This document shows positions 12,168 through 25,853 of a stretch of 64,000 nt of DNA, in pieces. A program made the position numbers and the translations under genes. This DNA comes from Felis catus. Lineage: Eukaryota. The stretch covers positions 115,446,001-115,510,000 of the forward strand of contig NC_058368.1 of NCBI RefSeq assembly GCF_018350175.1, written 5' to 3'. Numbering within the stretch: position 1 is the first letter of the stretch; every line of letters starts with the position of its first letter. The notes below the pieces were generated by a model, which was not told the origin of the DNA, did no database searches, and saw nothing but the letters and a program-made list of their open reading frames with translations.

Positions 12168-15100
12168 CCTTATGGCTACCTTTTAAAACTTTGTTTTAAA
12201 AAGTTAATATATAGGGGCACCTGGGTGGCTCACTCGGTTGAGCATCCAACTCTTGGTTTTGGCTGGGGTCATGATCTCATGGTTTGTGGGTTCCAGCCCT
12301 GCGTGGGGCACCACACAGCATGGAGCCTGCTTGGGATTCTCTCTCCTCCTTGCTCTTTCTCTGCCCCTCCCCAGCTCATGCTCTCTCAAACACAAACAAA
12401 CAAACTTAAAAAAACTTACTGCTTCCCCATTCCCTGCCCCTCAATCTCCCACCCTACGGACAACCACTATTAGAAGTTTTCTGTGAATGCTGTGTATAGC
12501 ATGAGTATGTGTATAGACACGTCTCCACATTTTTCTAAACCTAAATAGGAGCATAATGTAATTACTTCTATACATCGTTTTTTAAAAAACCAACAGTTTG
12601 GGGCACCTGGGTGACTCAGTCAGTTAAGCTACCAACTCTTGATTTCAGCTCAGGTCAAGATCTCATGGTTCCTGAGATTGAGCCCTGGGTCATCTGGCTC
12701 CACACTGATAGCATGGAGCCTGCTTGCGATTCTCTCTCCTCTTCTCTCTCTGCCCCTTTCTCACACACTCTCTCACACAAAAATAAATAAACATTAAAAA
12801 AATTTTAAAAACCAACAGTTTATCTTAGAGATTGATCCATAACATACAGAAAGGAGTACAGGATAATAATGTAGACCAGAGTGGCAGTCCTGGACTTTTT
12901 TTTTTTAAAGTTTATTTATTTTTGAGAGAAAGAGATAGAGCGTGAGTGGGGGAGGGGCAGAGAGAGGGGGAGACAGAATCTGAAGCAGGCTTCAGGCTCC
13001 GAGCTGTCCGCAGAGCCCGACTCAGGGCTCAAACTCATGAACTGAGAGATCATGACCTGTGCCGAAGTTGGACACTTAACCGAGCCACCCAGGCACCCAA
13101 AGTCTTGGACTTTTTGATCTCTGAAGTTTTGTTTGTTTGTTTAAGTTTATTTACTTATCTTGAAAGAGAGAGAAAGCATGACTTGAGGAGGGGTAGAGAG
13201 AAAGGGAGAGAGAGAATCCCAAGCAGGCTTTGCACTGTCAGGGCCAAAACCAAGTCGCACACCACCCAGGTACCCCAATCTCTGAAGTTTTTATACTCCT
13301 AAAAATTACTGAAGTTCCCCAAAGAGCTTTTGTTTATATGAGTTGTATCTATCAATATTTATCAAATTAGAAATGAAAGCAAGAAATTTTAAAACATGGT
13401 GATGATATAGCTGCATATCAGGTAGCCTCTCAAAAATTCCACAGTACAATCACGAGAGAATGAGAGTGAAAAAGGCAAATAATGTGTTTATATTATTATT
13501 AAAGTTGTTGTAAACTTGCAGATCCCCTGATGGTTTTGGGGTTTCCAAGCCATACTTAGAGAAATGTGTTAGAGCATGAACTCTGGAGTCAGGATGCCTT
13601 GGTTGGGATCTTATCTTGCTGTGTACTTACCCTCTGTGCCTTGGTGTTATCTTCTGAAATGGGCTAGTAATTTCAACTATGCATCATGAGCTGTTATGAT
13701 TTAAATGAAGTATTCATCAAAGTGCTTGACAGCATGTAACACATAAATATTGGCCATTATATATCTATGTCATTCTTTTCAAAAGCTGCATATTATTGTA
13801 TTTTATGGATTATATATATCCCTGAATCACGGGCACTTAGGATGTCTCCAGTCTTTTGCAACTACACAGTCCATTTAGGCAGAGCCTTGCTGAAGAGTTC
13901 AAAGTAAGTCAGCATCGCAGGCTGGACTGTAAAGCAGAGTCTGGAATGTCAGTCATGGTCCTTTCCCAAGAGCTGCCCATGGGGATCCTTTGGGTTCCCA
14001 GCCCAGTTTCCAATCCCTGCTTCCGTGGCAGATACTCCTCTGCCTCTTTCTCTCTTTTGTGTAAACTTTTATTTGTCTAAAAACAGCTTTATTGAGCTAT
14101 AATTCATATATCACAAAATTCATTCTTTTAAAATATACAATTTATTGATTTTTAAGTACATTCACAGAGTTGTGCACCCATCAACACTATCTAATTCCAG
14201 AAATTTTCATTACTCCAAAAGAAACCTCATACTCATTATTAGTCAGGTCTCTTTCTACTTCCCAACCTCTAGCAACCACTGTCTCTATAAATTTGCCATT
14301 CTGGACATTTCATATAAAAGGAATGATACAATATGTGGACTTTTGTGTCTGGCTTCTTTGACTAGCATGAAGTTCAAGGTTCATTAATGTTGTAGAATGT
14401 ATCAGTACTTGGTTCCTTTTATTACCAAAAAGTATTCAGTATTCATTGTATGGATATTCCCAATTTTGTTATCCATTCATCAATTAATCAGCTTGCAGGT
14501 TGTTTCCATCTGAGGGTATTATGGATAATGTTTTATGTGGAAGTATGTTTTGATTTCTCTTGGTACACACCTGGAAGTGGCTAGGTCATGTGCTATGTTT
14601 AAACTTTCTGAGGATCTGGCATTCTATTTTCCAAACTGGATGTACAATTTTACATTCCTACAAGCGATATACAAGGATTCCAATTTCTCCACATTCCTAT
14701 CAACACTTGCTATTGTCCATCTTTTTGATTATTGCCATCCTAGTGGGTATGAGGTGGTGTGGTATCTCATTGTGGGTTTGGTTTCTATTTCCCTAATGAC
14801 TAATGATAATGATACTGAGCAACTTTTCACATGCTTATTGGCCATTTGTATATCTTCTTCTTTTTTTTTTTTAGAGCCATTTGTATATATTCTTTGGAGG
14901 AATGCCTATTTAGATCCTTTGCCCATTTTTATCTTTTTTTTTTTTTATGTTTAGAGAGGGTGCATGCATGAGTGGGGGAGAAGCATAAAGAGAGAGGGAG
15001 AGACTGCTCCGAAGGGGGCACAAGAGGGGCAGGGAGAGACTCCCAGGAAGCCCTGGGAGAGGCTGGAACTCGCCAGCTGTGACATCATAACCTGAGCCGA

Positions 15101-18100
15101 AATCAGGAGTCAGACGCTTAACCAGGCATCTGAGCCACCCAGGCATCTCAACACATTTATTAAAGACAATTCTTTGTTCTGTTAAATTGCCTTGCCTTGC
15201 CTTTTTTTTTTTTGCCTTGTTTTTTTTTAAAGTTATTTCTACAACCAGTGTGGGGCTCAAACTCAGGACCCCGAGATCAAGAGTCACATGCTCTACTGAC
15301 TGAGCAAGCGAGGCGTCCCTGCCTTGGCACTCTTGTCAAAAAAATCAAATGACCCTAAATATAAAGACTTACTTCTAGACTCTCAAGTCTATTCAATTGA
15401 TCTACATGTCTATCCTATGCTAGTCTACGCTATCTTCATTATTATAGCTTTGAAATAAGTTTTTGAATTGGGACGTGTGACTTCTCCAACTTTGTTCTTT
15501 TTTAAGACTGTTTTGGATATTCTGGGTCCCTTGCATTACCATATGAATTTTAGGATGAGCTTGTTAATTTCTGTAAAAAAGGCAGTGAGGTGATGGGAGG
15601 GTAAGTGATGGGTATTGAGGAGGGCACCTGTTGGGATGAGCACTGGGTGTTGTATGGAAACCAATTTGACAATAAATTTCATATTAAAAAAAAAGGCAGT
15701 GAGGAATTTGATATGTTGAATCTACTGATCAATTTGAGTAGTATTACCATATTTCCAATATTAACTCTTACAATCCATGAACATAGGCTATCTTCCCATT
15801 TATTTAGATCTTTAATTTCCTTAAATGAAGTTTTGTAGTTTTCAATGTACATCTTACACTTCTTTCATTAAATTTATTCCTAAGCATTTTATACTTTTTT
15901 GATGGTGTTGTAAATGAAATTGTTTTCTATTTTTGGATTGTTCATTGTAGGGTATAGAAAAACAATGATTCTTGTATACTGATCTTGTATTTTGCAACTT
16001 TGTTGAACTCATTTATTAGTTCTAAGAGTGTGTGCATGTGTATCCCTTAGGATTTTCTATATTGTATCATTCATCTGTGAATATAGTTTTATTTCTTTCC
16101 AATCTGCATGGATGATTTCTATATTTCTTTTTCTTACCTAAGTGCCCTGGCTTGAACCTCTACTACAAGGTTGAATAGAAGTGACTAGAGTGAACATACT
16201 TGTCTTTTTCTTGATTTGGAGATCATGCAATTGTTTACCATTAAGTATGATGATGTTAGCTGTGGGTTTTTGGTAGATGGTATTTATCAGCTGAGAAGCT
16301 TCTATTCCTATGGTGTTAAGCGCTGTTATCATGAAAGAGTATTCGAAAAAAAGAAAGAAAATGTTGAATTTTGTCAAATGCTTTTTCTGCGCCTATTAAA
16401 ATGATCATGTGGCTTTTGTCCTTTATCCTATTAATATGGTGCATCACACTGATTTTCATGTGTTAACCTCCTGGGATAAATACCATTTGATCAACGTATA
16501 TAATCCTCTTCATACGTTTCATACGTTTTTATATGTCGCTAGAATCTATACCCATAAGGGATATTGATTGATAGTTTAGTTTTCTTATGATGTCTTTTGT
16601 CTGTTTTTAGTTATAGGGTAATACTGGCCCCCTAGAATGATTTGGGATGTATTCGTCTCTCTTTGTATTTTTTGTAATAGTTTATAAAGGATTAATTAAT
16701 TCTTCTTCAAACATTTGGTTGAATTCACCAGTGAAGGCTTCTGGACGTAGGTTTTTCTTTGTAGGAAAAAAATTTTTTTTAAGTTTATTTATTTATTTTG
16801 AGAGAGAGAGAGACAGCATGAGTGGGGCAGGGGCAGAGAGAGAGGGAGAGAGAAAGAATCCCAAGCAGGTTCTGTGCTGCCAGTGCAGAGCCCGACTATG
16901 GGGCTGGAACTCACAAAACCATGAGATCATGGACCTGAGCTGAAACCAAGAGTTGGATGCTTAACCAACTGAGCCACCCAGGCTCCCCTCTGTGGGAAAT
17001 TTTTTGATGTTAATTCAGTCTCTGTATTTGTAGTAGGTCCATATGCTTTTTTTTTTTTTTTTTTAATATTTGCTTATTTTGAGAGAGAGAGTGTTCACAT
17101 GCAGAACCAACTGAGCCACCCAGACATCAGTCTTCTTCTTTTTTTTTTGAGCGGGGGTAGTAAGTGAGCAAGGGGCAGAGAGACAGAGAATCCCACGAGG
17201 GGTAGAAAGAGAGAAAGAGAGAGAGAGAAGTGGGGCTCAACTGAAGTGGGGCTTGTGTTCACCCAAAGCAGGGCTCGAGCTCACCCAATGTGGGACTTTA
17301 ATTCATGAACCATGGATCATGACCTGAGGTGAAGGCAGATGCTTAAGGACTGAGCCACCCAGGCACCCTATCTTCTTTTTCTTCTTGAATAAGTTCAGTA
17401 GTTTGTCCCTTTCTACAAATTTGTCTGTTTCATCCAGGTTATCTAATTTGTTGACACACATTTGTTCATAGTATTCTTTTAAAATCTTTATTACTATTGT
17501 AAGACTGGTAGTGATGTCCCCTCTTTCATTTCTGATTTTAGTTATTTGAGTCTTCTTTTTCTTGGTTAGCCTAGCTAAAGATTTGTCAATTTTGTTGATG
17601 TTTAAAAAAAAACAACTTTCAGGGGTGCCTGGGTGGTTCAGTCATTTGGGCATCCAACTCCTGATTTCAGCTCAGGTCATGATCTCAGGGTTCATGGGAT
17701 CAAGCCCTGAGTTGGGCTCTGTGCTTTCAGCAGGGAGCCTGCTTGTATTTTCTCTCTCCTCTCCCTCTGACCCTCCTGTAGCTCACTCTCTCTCTCTCTC
17801 AAAATAAATAAATAAACATTAGAAAAAAAAAACTTTTGGTTTTATTGATTTTCTGTTGTTCTAACCTCTATTTCATTTATTTACACTCTGTTTTATTTCC
17901 TTCATTCTGCTTGCTTGGATTTAGTTTATTCTTTTTACTCTTTTTCTGGTTTGTTAAGGTAGAAGATTAGCTTATTGATTTGAGATTTTTAAATATAAAT
18001 GTAAATAAATATATACATATATATATATATTAACATTTAGAGCTATAAATGTCCTTCTAAGTATTGCTGTAGCTGTATCCTATACATTTTGGTATGCTGT

Positions 18101-19064
18101 ATTTTCATTTTCACTCATCTCAAAGTATTTCCTAATTTTTCTTATGATTTCTTCTGTGACCTATTTGTTATTTACGAACATACTATTTAATTTTCACGTA
18201 TTTGTGAATTTCCTAAATTTGCTTCTGTTGTCGATTTCAGAAACATACACTGTATGATTTTAATCCTTTTATTGTCACTTGCTTTGTGGCCCAACATCCA
18301 ATCTATCCTGGAGAATGCTTCATGCATACTTGAGAAGAAATAGATAACACATTTTGTCAGGAACTCTACATTAAAATCACTCATTTTGTACCATCACAGA
18401 CTCACCTTTGTACCCCAAGCAGCTGCTCCTCAGTGTAAGTGGCACTCCCCTCACCCTGCCGGGTTTGGTTCCACTCATTCTCAGACTTCTTTTCCTTTTG
18501 CATTTTCATGCAGTTACAGCAACCACAGGGGTCATGACTTTCAGGAGGTCTATCTTCTGGGTATTTGTTTCTTCTAACTGCATCAATGTAAGCTGCAAAG
18601 CAATAGCCCCTCCATTAGGTCTCATTCTGATCTGCAATCAACTTTGCTACCTGCCCTAACTATCAGGGAGGCTGCCTGTAGGCATGAGTGTGAGGGCCAA
18701 ACCTCTGAATCATAGTGACTTTTAAGCATACATATAAAACTGAACAAACATCTTCCTTGAGAAGACAATATAGTAAATATGAAAGCAACCGTGAAAAACA
18801 TACAATGCCAGAAACATGAAGCATAACGTCCACAGCAAATATTCAGCAAATATTTTGAATCTGAGCCAGAAAAGGGGCATAAGAGGCATGTGCTCAATAG
18901 CTTGCCTTTCAGAAGGTGTCTGCCCAATACTCTGCCTTTAGTGCAGTGCAGGAGAAGCCTATTTTTCTGTGATCCACGGTCAGAAGTGACACTGCTCATA
19001 AAATAGTTTTTTGTTGTTGCAATGCCTCCTACCAGTAAGATTTAAAGTAGGGTGAGTTCAGTCC

Positions 19065-19104
<40 letters not shown>

Positions 19105-20675
19105 TAAGTTTTATTTATTTCAGCAACCTTTACAGCCCACATGGGGCTTGAACTCAGAACCTGAGATCAAGAGTCACACACAGGGGCACCTGGGTGGCTC
19201 AGACAGTTAAGTGTTTGACTTCAGCTCAGGTCATAATCTCATGGTTCATGAGTTTGAGCCCTGTGTGGGGCTCTGTGCTGACAGCTCAGAGCCTGGAGCC
19301 TGCTTTGGATTCTGTGTCTCCCTCTCTCTCTGCCCCTCACCTGCTCACGCTTTGTCTCTCTCTCCCTCTCAAAAAATAAATAAACATTAAAAAAAAAAAT
19401 ACAGTCACACATTCTTCGACTGAGTCAGCCAGGCCCTCCTCAGTTCTTTTAAACTAACATCTATAGAATAAGACACTTGGCTAGGTAGATCAAGGAGATG
19501 TACAGATAAGACTTACTTCTGACCACAAAGAGGTTATAGTTTGAAGGGAAAAGTTTCAATTAACACCTGAGAGGATGTAAAAAAAGGCCATAGCAATCCA
19601 GTCAAAGAAGGCAGATCTGGGAAAGGCTTTAAAACATCTCTCCTGCCGAAAATCCCTTAGTGACTACCCAAGGGACTGCCCTTCCCCCAAATTTCATATC
19701 ATAGTCCCAGCCTACCTTTCCAGCCTCCTCCCTCACAACATGCTTGCTCCTTTACAGTCTATGTTCTAGCCAGATCAAACACCTTTCAGATCAGCAATGC
19801 TTTCTCTTTCCTCTGTGCCTTGTACATACTGTTCCCTCTGACTGCAACATTCTTCCTCTAAGTCAGACTAACTCCAACACATCCTTCATGCCATCATATA
19901 TAACACTTTCTCCATAAGGCCTCCGCTGACACCCAAGCTGTCAGTGTGCTTCTCAAACCTACGATCTTGCTGTATAGCCCAGGACTTAGTGGCTCTGTTT
20001 TATAATTGTCTGTTTACCTGTCATACTCCCTCAGTGGACTCAGAGTTCTGTGATCTCAGGGGCCCAAATCGATGTCAAATTCCTGATGCACAATCAGCAT
20101 AATGCTGGGCACATAATAGGTATTGAATCAACACTCTTTGCTTGACTGCAGGATGGAAAAGGTCAGCCTACGGGTCCTGATGCGGGCTGCAGGGACAGGA
20201 CCAAACGGAGAGGGAGAGTCAGGCGGCCTAGTTTGGCGGCGAGGATAAGGGCCTGAAAAGCAAGTCCGGGCGGAGGGGGTCCTCATCACTCTGCTAACCT
20301 TCTGGACACCTAAGCACGGACGGGGCCCGACCACCGTGGGCCCTAGGTTGGGCACTAGCGGAGGCGGGGCTGGGGGCCGGAGGCAAAAATATCATCACGG
20401 GTGACTCTGGGCTCCTGGACGGTGCCTTTGCTTGAGTCAGCGCTCCTGATTTCCAGATCTCAGCCCCTGCCCTGGGGGTCCCCCGCCTAATTCGGAATAC
20501 TACTCAGGCTCAGCATCTTATCATAGGCCTCCATCCCTTACCTCAGGCCCAAGAACTTAGCTCTCAGGCATCTTAAGGAGCCTCATCCCTCTCCTGAACT
20601 TTGCCTTGTCCCACCCTCCGGCAAGGACCTGGTACCTTCTGTCCAGCGCTCCCCGCTGCCCAGAGTCGCAGCCAT
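3508..20675 (-). CDS. DNAJC18: DnaJ homolog subfamily C member 18 (ER membrane J-domain protein), partial: coding exons 1-7; final exon not found in window
   Basis: Seven exons join in frame (40+187+146+186+116+110+173 nt) through GT-AG junctions and give [13 protein letters not shown]...[32 protein letters not shown] (J domain, HPD)...[20 protein letters not shown] (TM)...CWKEKQQ. Confidence 0.96.
5148..5330. mobile_element. MER5A-like hAT-Charlie DNA transposon remnant
   Basis: cagtgattctc...ctcagagtttctgatgcagta...ttgcatttctaacaagc...ggggaccaaactttga matches the recalled MER5A pattern. Confidence 0.7.
5914..6023 (-). CDS. DNAJC18: DNAJC18 exon 6 (transmembrane segment)
   Basis: [37 protein letters not shown]; tttccag| acceptor and |gtaagt donor. 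Confidence 0.94.
7019..7134 (-). CDS. DNAJC18: DNAJC18 exon 5 ([11 protein letters not shown]...[12 protein letters not shown])
   Basis: ttttccag| acceptor, CAG|gtaccg donor; in frame with exons 4 and 6. Confidence 0.92.
8299..8484 (-). CDS. DNAJC18: DNAJC18 exon 4 ([22 protein letters not shown]...FFGGHFPTG)
   Basis: Core of ORF 8294..8545; ttgcag| acceptor, ACAG|gttagt donor. Confidence 0.95.
9142..9743. mobile_element. Two Can-SINEs in tail-to-tail orientation (9142-9365 +, 9526-9743 -)
   Basis: Typical heads and tails; source of the MAxSVK...TSAQVMIS pseudo-ORFs. Confidence 0.9.
10603..11063 (-). mobile_element. Nested Can-SINEs (a younger copy in the A tail of an older one)
   Basis: Two SINE bodies; ttaatgtttattta repeated either side of the inner copy. 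Confidence 0.88.
11616..11761 (-). CDS. DNAJC18: DNAJC18 exon 3 (J domain with HPD)
   Basis: Core of ORF 11599..11856; tttttag| acceptor, AAAG|gtctg donor. Confidence 0.96.
12108..12162. repeat. (CT)n microsatellite
   Basis: Pure CT dinucleotide run. Confidence 0.95.
14060..18360 (-). mobile_element. Old fragmented LINE-1 (ORF2/3' region) interrupted by several Can-SINEs
   Basis: T-rich L1-antisense text on +; minus ORFs give L1-like peptides ([38 protein letters not shown]). Confidence 0.88.
15591..15688 (+). mobile_element. 5'-truncated carnivore L1 3' end with TSD, inserted in the older L1
   Basis: gggatgagcactgggtgttgtatggaaaccaatttgacaataaa plus A tail; TSD aaaaaaggcagtgagg at 15575-15590 and 15689-15704. 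Confidence 0.85.
18406..18592 (-). CDS. DNAJC18: DNAJC18 exon 2 ([28 protein letters not shown]...EEQLLGVQR)
   Basis: ttgcag| acceptor and AAG|gtgagt donor; 187 nt, open in frame. Confidence 0.93.
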
Positions 20676-21000
20676 ATCGGTCCCCAATCAGCAAGTCGGC
20701 CGAGCCTCCCCGGCGCCCGAGGCTGAAAGGGAATGGGCAAGAAGCGCGGGGCATTCTGGTCATTGTAGTCCAACTCATAGGAGCTGCGGTACATTGGACT
20801 ACAACTGCCGGCAGGCTCCGCGCGAGGGGCCAGCCGAATTGTAGCTGTACGAGGGGCTTGGTCTTTGGAAGTGAGGTTTGTGGTGGTTTGTTGCTGCTGG
20901 TTGGCTGATGGGCTACTCGGACCACACTTTGCTTCTGTGGAGTGGGGATAATGGCTTCGGCCTCGCCTAACACTGGGGACATTCAAGGAGGCGCGATGAG
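20180..21000. promoter_or_regulatory. CpG island / DNAJC18 promoter with ACTACA (ZNF143/THAP11-type) motifs and CCAAT boxes
   Basis: GC- and CpG-rich sequence around the ATG; GGACTACA motifs at 20750-20771 (-) and 20796-20816 (+); CCAAT/ATTGG at about 20684 and 20793. Confidence 0.8.
20636..20675 (-). CDS. DNAJC18: DNAJC18 coding exon 1 ([13 protein letters not shown])
   Basis: ATG at 20675 inside a CpG island; donor GAAG|gtacc. Confidence 0.92.
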
Positions 21001-24000
21001 ATCCTGCCTGGGAAAGATGCTGCAAACTAGTCTAGGGGTTGATAGTATGACTATTCATCTCAGGGATGTCTTTTAAAAATATACGCTAATGCCTGTTCTC
21101 TGCAAAGTGTGTTAGGTCCTGGAGATTGAGAGACAAGTTTTGGGGATGCGAATCCAATCCTGATAATTTAAGAGCCAAGAAAATAGAAAAGTGAGGTCGA
21201 TTTACGTAGTTAGAGAGCAGTCTGGATACACCCCTTTTCGTCCATCTGCTCTAGCACAGCATCATTAGAGGGACCTCTAGGTCCCTCTAGGGGCAGGGAC
21301 AGAGAAAGAAGAAAAGGGCAGGCACTGGAGCCGGCGTTAAATCCCCTATCTTTGCTCTTCCTTATCCTTCATCCATCCCATCCTACTCCAGGGCACCCCT
21401 GAGACTTTTCTCCTCTGTTCCACCCCAGTCATTTCCTTGGCCATTCCTTTCTTTTCAGAAGACCTTGGAAATTAGTAAAAGACAAGTGAAATATTCCTGC
21501 CTTTTCCCACTCAGGTCTGCATGGGGACCAGCAAAGAATAAAAGCAGTTCTCAGTGTTATTACAGACTCAATGCCTGCAGCTGAGTTAGGATGGCTAAAG
21601 ATCAGGTTTCAAAAGTGAAATGTGATCATATACATCCACAAACAAAAAATTACTTAGAATTCATTGAGATCTTACCAGGAAGACCAAAACAGTGTGCCAA
21701 CTATGATTTCAAGCAGCAGCTCTTTAGGAGGTTGGGGTGGGACAGGGAGATGAACAGCCTGAGACACAAACTGAAAAGGTAAAAGCCTCCAGTCCTATGG
21801 AGTTCTCTGCATTCCGTGCAGTCAGCTGTGGCCCTGGGGTGGATGAGATCAGTGTGCTCACAGAAGGGTGGGTCCTAAAGAAGCCACTTGTGTTCTGCAG
21901 ACAAGGGACCTGATCAGGGATATACATTAGGTGGTTGAATGTAAAAAGGTTATTTATTTGGTTTTGGGAAATTAAACAAACTGCTCTAAAATATGGACAG
22001 GGGAAGGTAGGGTATGCCTCTGAGTCCGGGGGCACAGGGCTAAGGTCTGGTGGTACTGAGAGATGTCAGAGTACTATGAAGTTAGAGGTATCTGGTTGGG
22101 AGTGGGGGTGCTAGAGCACTGTAGGGAGTAATTGGATTGAGAATTATGGGCCTACTTAGGTGTAGAGTCCAGGATCAAGAATGCTGGACAAGATTTGGAA
22201 AGCTGCAGTTTTTTGGAAGTGTTTGATACCTCAACAACCTTTCTCATTTTTCTGTAAAACCTCACTCCCCACTCCTTTTCTAGACAACTGACTTAGTCCT
22301 AGATCAGTAAAAAATGACTCAGCATGGCAACCTTCTCAGATATTGCCATGCAGATGTACCCATTGTCTCATTTACACCTCAATTAACACTTCTGGATGAA
22401 TCTTTCTATGACTGTAGCACTAGGACTAACTTAGAACTCCAAACCTCAACATTTAGAACACTTCTGTGCCAACTTTGGCTGAAGCACACCAACCACTCAA
22501 CAAAATAATTCCCATTATCAAATTCAGTCTCTGGTAAAAAAGGAAGCTATGGGCTCAGAAGGTTCAGGATGGTGGTGCTTGGGGAAAGTAACCAGCAGGA
22601 AGAGTGAGGAAGCAACTGGGAAGGAAATAAGAGAAATTGGGATCTCTAAGGCAGTTCTCAAGGAGGACAACGTAAGTGTAGAAAGAAATTCAAAGAAGCG
22701 ATAACAGACACCCACAAATCCAGAGGGAGACTGCTGAGCAGAGCCACACAATGATTTCCAACAGATTCAAGTAGAATTGAGTAGCAGTAACCTGGCTTGG
22801 GGGAATTGTGTGCATGAAGTAGGCCAAGAGGCCTGCCATGATCCTTTATCTGCTAAACTATTTTACTTAGGGCTGGCCTCAGATATCTATCAATTTTCTC
22901 TAGTTACTTTTAGAAATATTTGTTGAACTGTAGTGAATTTTTGGTGGTGATACTGAGGTTTGCCTTGTGCCCTATATGATTGAGATGCTGCCCCATCTAG
23001 CCCTGGAAGAAAGATACTGAGTAAATGATCCCTCTGTCCAACTTGGCCTGTGTGCCTGAGTTGATTTGTCAGTTGCCCTCCCATAAGATGGGGGAAGAAG
23101 CAAAAGAAAGACACCCATCCCACCACCTGTTTCTGCTTTGAGCCCGTCTAATCCTATGTTAGAATAGGGAGGAAGCTATCTTGTAAATGGCCACCATCCT
23201 GTTGTCTAGACATCAAGGAAGAGATACTGTCTCAGGGAAGCTGCAGGGGCTGCAGGAGGCTGCGCTCAGATTTCCTGTCAGAGGTGGGGTCTTGTATTTG
23301 CATAAATAGTAGGATCCTCCAGCAGAACTCCCTCTAATATAGTTTGCTAGAGAACAGGATTCAGCATTAAGTGAATTCATCCTTGACACCTTCTCAAAAG
23401 ATAGCTATTTAGCAACAGGAAAATCAACATGGCTAATGTATTACGCCAATGTTGGTTTCAGGGTAAAAGCCATGCAATCTCATATTAATACCAGTTCACC
23501 TCCTCTCCCCCAGATATAAATACCTTATGACTAACAGCTCATATTTGCAGGACATTGTCCAGAGTCAGGGGGAAGTTTGTGGCCTTAGAATGGAGACATC
23601 AACTGAGTTACCTAGAGTGAAACTCATGTTCTTGACCTAATTAGTCCAGTATGATAAGCAGCTGAATTAAGTGTCCATGGCAGCCAGGATAACAATAACT
23701 GTTCCAACAGAATCCAGTACTTCTAGACATTGTTATGTCATCAGGAGCGTTCTATCTCAATGATGGAGTTTTTTTGTACCGGATCTGACTAGGAAGTCAT
23801 GTGCTTTTTGCAGTGTGGCTTAAATAAATATATCTGAGCTATATTTTTAATGCTGTAGTATTGCTGTTATAGGTTGGAAATAGACTCTAAGACTCTGAGA
23901 TTTGAATGCTGAAGGTTTACTGGTGATTGCTCTTGGGAAGAAGAGCTGTGAGGAGTGAGGGAAGCAGGGTTGGGCAAAGGAGAAAATTGAGGGAAGAGGT

Positions 24001-25847
24001 TCACATCCTCCTGCCACCCCCACCAACCAGTCATCAACCAGCTATGAGCCCCTGGCAGCCAACAGTCTTAACAGCTGGAAAAACAGTGCCCTGATCTTGA
24101 AATGGGACCGGGATGGTGTTACTCCACATTGTCTGCTGCAGTTGCCGAGTATTTTTACTTCCCAAGTATCTCCACATTTACTCTTCCAATTTACCTACCA
24201 AGTAGCTACCAAGGGCCAGGTAGGGATCGTTCTTCCCTTAATACACAGGGAAATCTAAGTTCGGAGAATGTAGAAGACTTGATCAGACTCCCCTAAGACT
24301 TGTCTCTGGTTTTCACCCAGAATGATCTCTACTCAAAAGATTGTGTTCATTTTTTCTTACATCTAGACTGTGTAATATGAGGAGCAGAAAAGATAGTGAA
24401 GGCCAAATAGTCCAGCCACCTTGTTTTAAAAGTAAGAAAACAGGCTGGGAAATGGGGAGTGATTGTGCCAAGTCAAGTTGCAAGTGTGTTTGCACAGCCC
24501 AGCCTGGATTTCCTGCACTCAAGAGCCAGTTTTTATGCCCTCCAATGTGTTGGGCCCGGTGTGCCAAACAGGAACTATAGATGTGAGTAGATTTCAAGCC
24601 TTGTCCTAGAAGATTTTAGAGTCCAAAAGATTTTTCAGTCCACTTGAATCGTTGCAATGAAACAGAGTGAAACGTTTTCTTCTAGGCTTTCTCTCTCATA
24701 TCAGTTTGCAGAGTCTAAATCCAGAAGAAAATAGCATACTGTTGCTTCTCTTTGTTTTGTGAATTGCCAGCTAGCAGATATTTAGAAAGTTAACCACTCA
24801 GAGGCACCTGGGTGACTCAGTCAGGTAAGCGGGTAAGTGTCCAGCTCTTGATAACTGCTCAGGTTGTGATCTCACAATCGAGCCCCACACTGGGCTCTGT
24901 GCTGAGCAGAGCCTGCTTGGGCTTCTCTTTCTCCCACTTTCTCTTTGCCTCCCCTGTGCATGCACATGCTCTCTCTCTTTCTCTCAAAATAAATAAATAA
25001 GCTTGAAAAGAAAGTTAACCACTCTGTTCAGACAGACACAGATGAGTCTTCCATTGAATTTCCCTAACCAAGATACATTTCCGAACCAGGACATGGTAGA
25101 GGTTACTAAGGAAATAGGTAACTGCTTCCTCTTCCTCCTTCCCTTTAAAAGACTTTACAGTGTTTGTTACCCTTTATTTTATTTCTAGGACACAAAGATA
25201 ATAGGGTAAAGTGGGTGCATTTTGGCTTATGAAGTCACAGACCTATCCTAGTTGCAAACCTCACCCATGTTATTCCCACAGCTTAGGACCGATGTAAGGC
25301 ATGTCTACCCTGGGGCAGGCAGAGGACATTTGCCCTCATATTATTCAGCTCTCACTACTGGAGTTTCCTAGTCAGAATGCACTGTGCCTCTCATGTTCTC
25401 GCCCTCCAGGTTCAAAACTTCTTTCCTGGTAATGACCGGTCACTGCTTACAGCTCCCTTTCTCTCCCCTGTATTGAAGTGATTAGTTAGTCACCTCATTC
25501 CTACTTAATAATCCAGGTGAACTGTGGGGGACAGCTGGTTGGCTCAGTGGATAGAGTACATGACTCTTAATCTCAGGGTCATGAGTTTGAGCCCCACGTT
25601 GAGTATGGGGTCTACTTAAAATAAAAATAAAAATAATAGTAATAATAATAATCCAGATAAATGGAGGTGGACCTTAGAAAATGTTCTGTCTACCGCCCAG
25701 GTTTCTCAAAGAGCTCCTTACAGGGGCAGAAACTTGGATACATGCCTTGCCTAGGAAAAGAGGCCCCAAAGCTGCTAGAACCCTGTTAACAAACACACAT
25801 GAGAGCATAGACCTTCAAAGAAATTAGACTGCAGGCCAGAAAACAAC

Positions 25848-25853
25848 TTTAAT
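25848..25853 (-). terminator. Candidate ECSCR polyadenylation signal ATTAAA
   Basis: ATTAAA about 310 nt after the stop, followed by U/GU-rich sequence (gttgttttct). Confidence 0.55.

Noticed and set aside
14535..14954. Hydrophobic 139-aa ORF and neighbours as membrane proteins
   Set aside because: Antisense translation of T-rich LINE-1 remnants.
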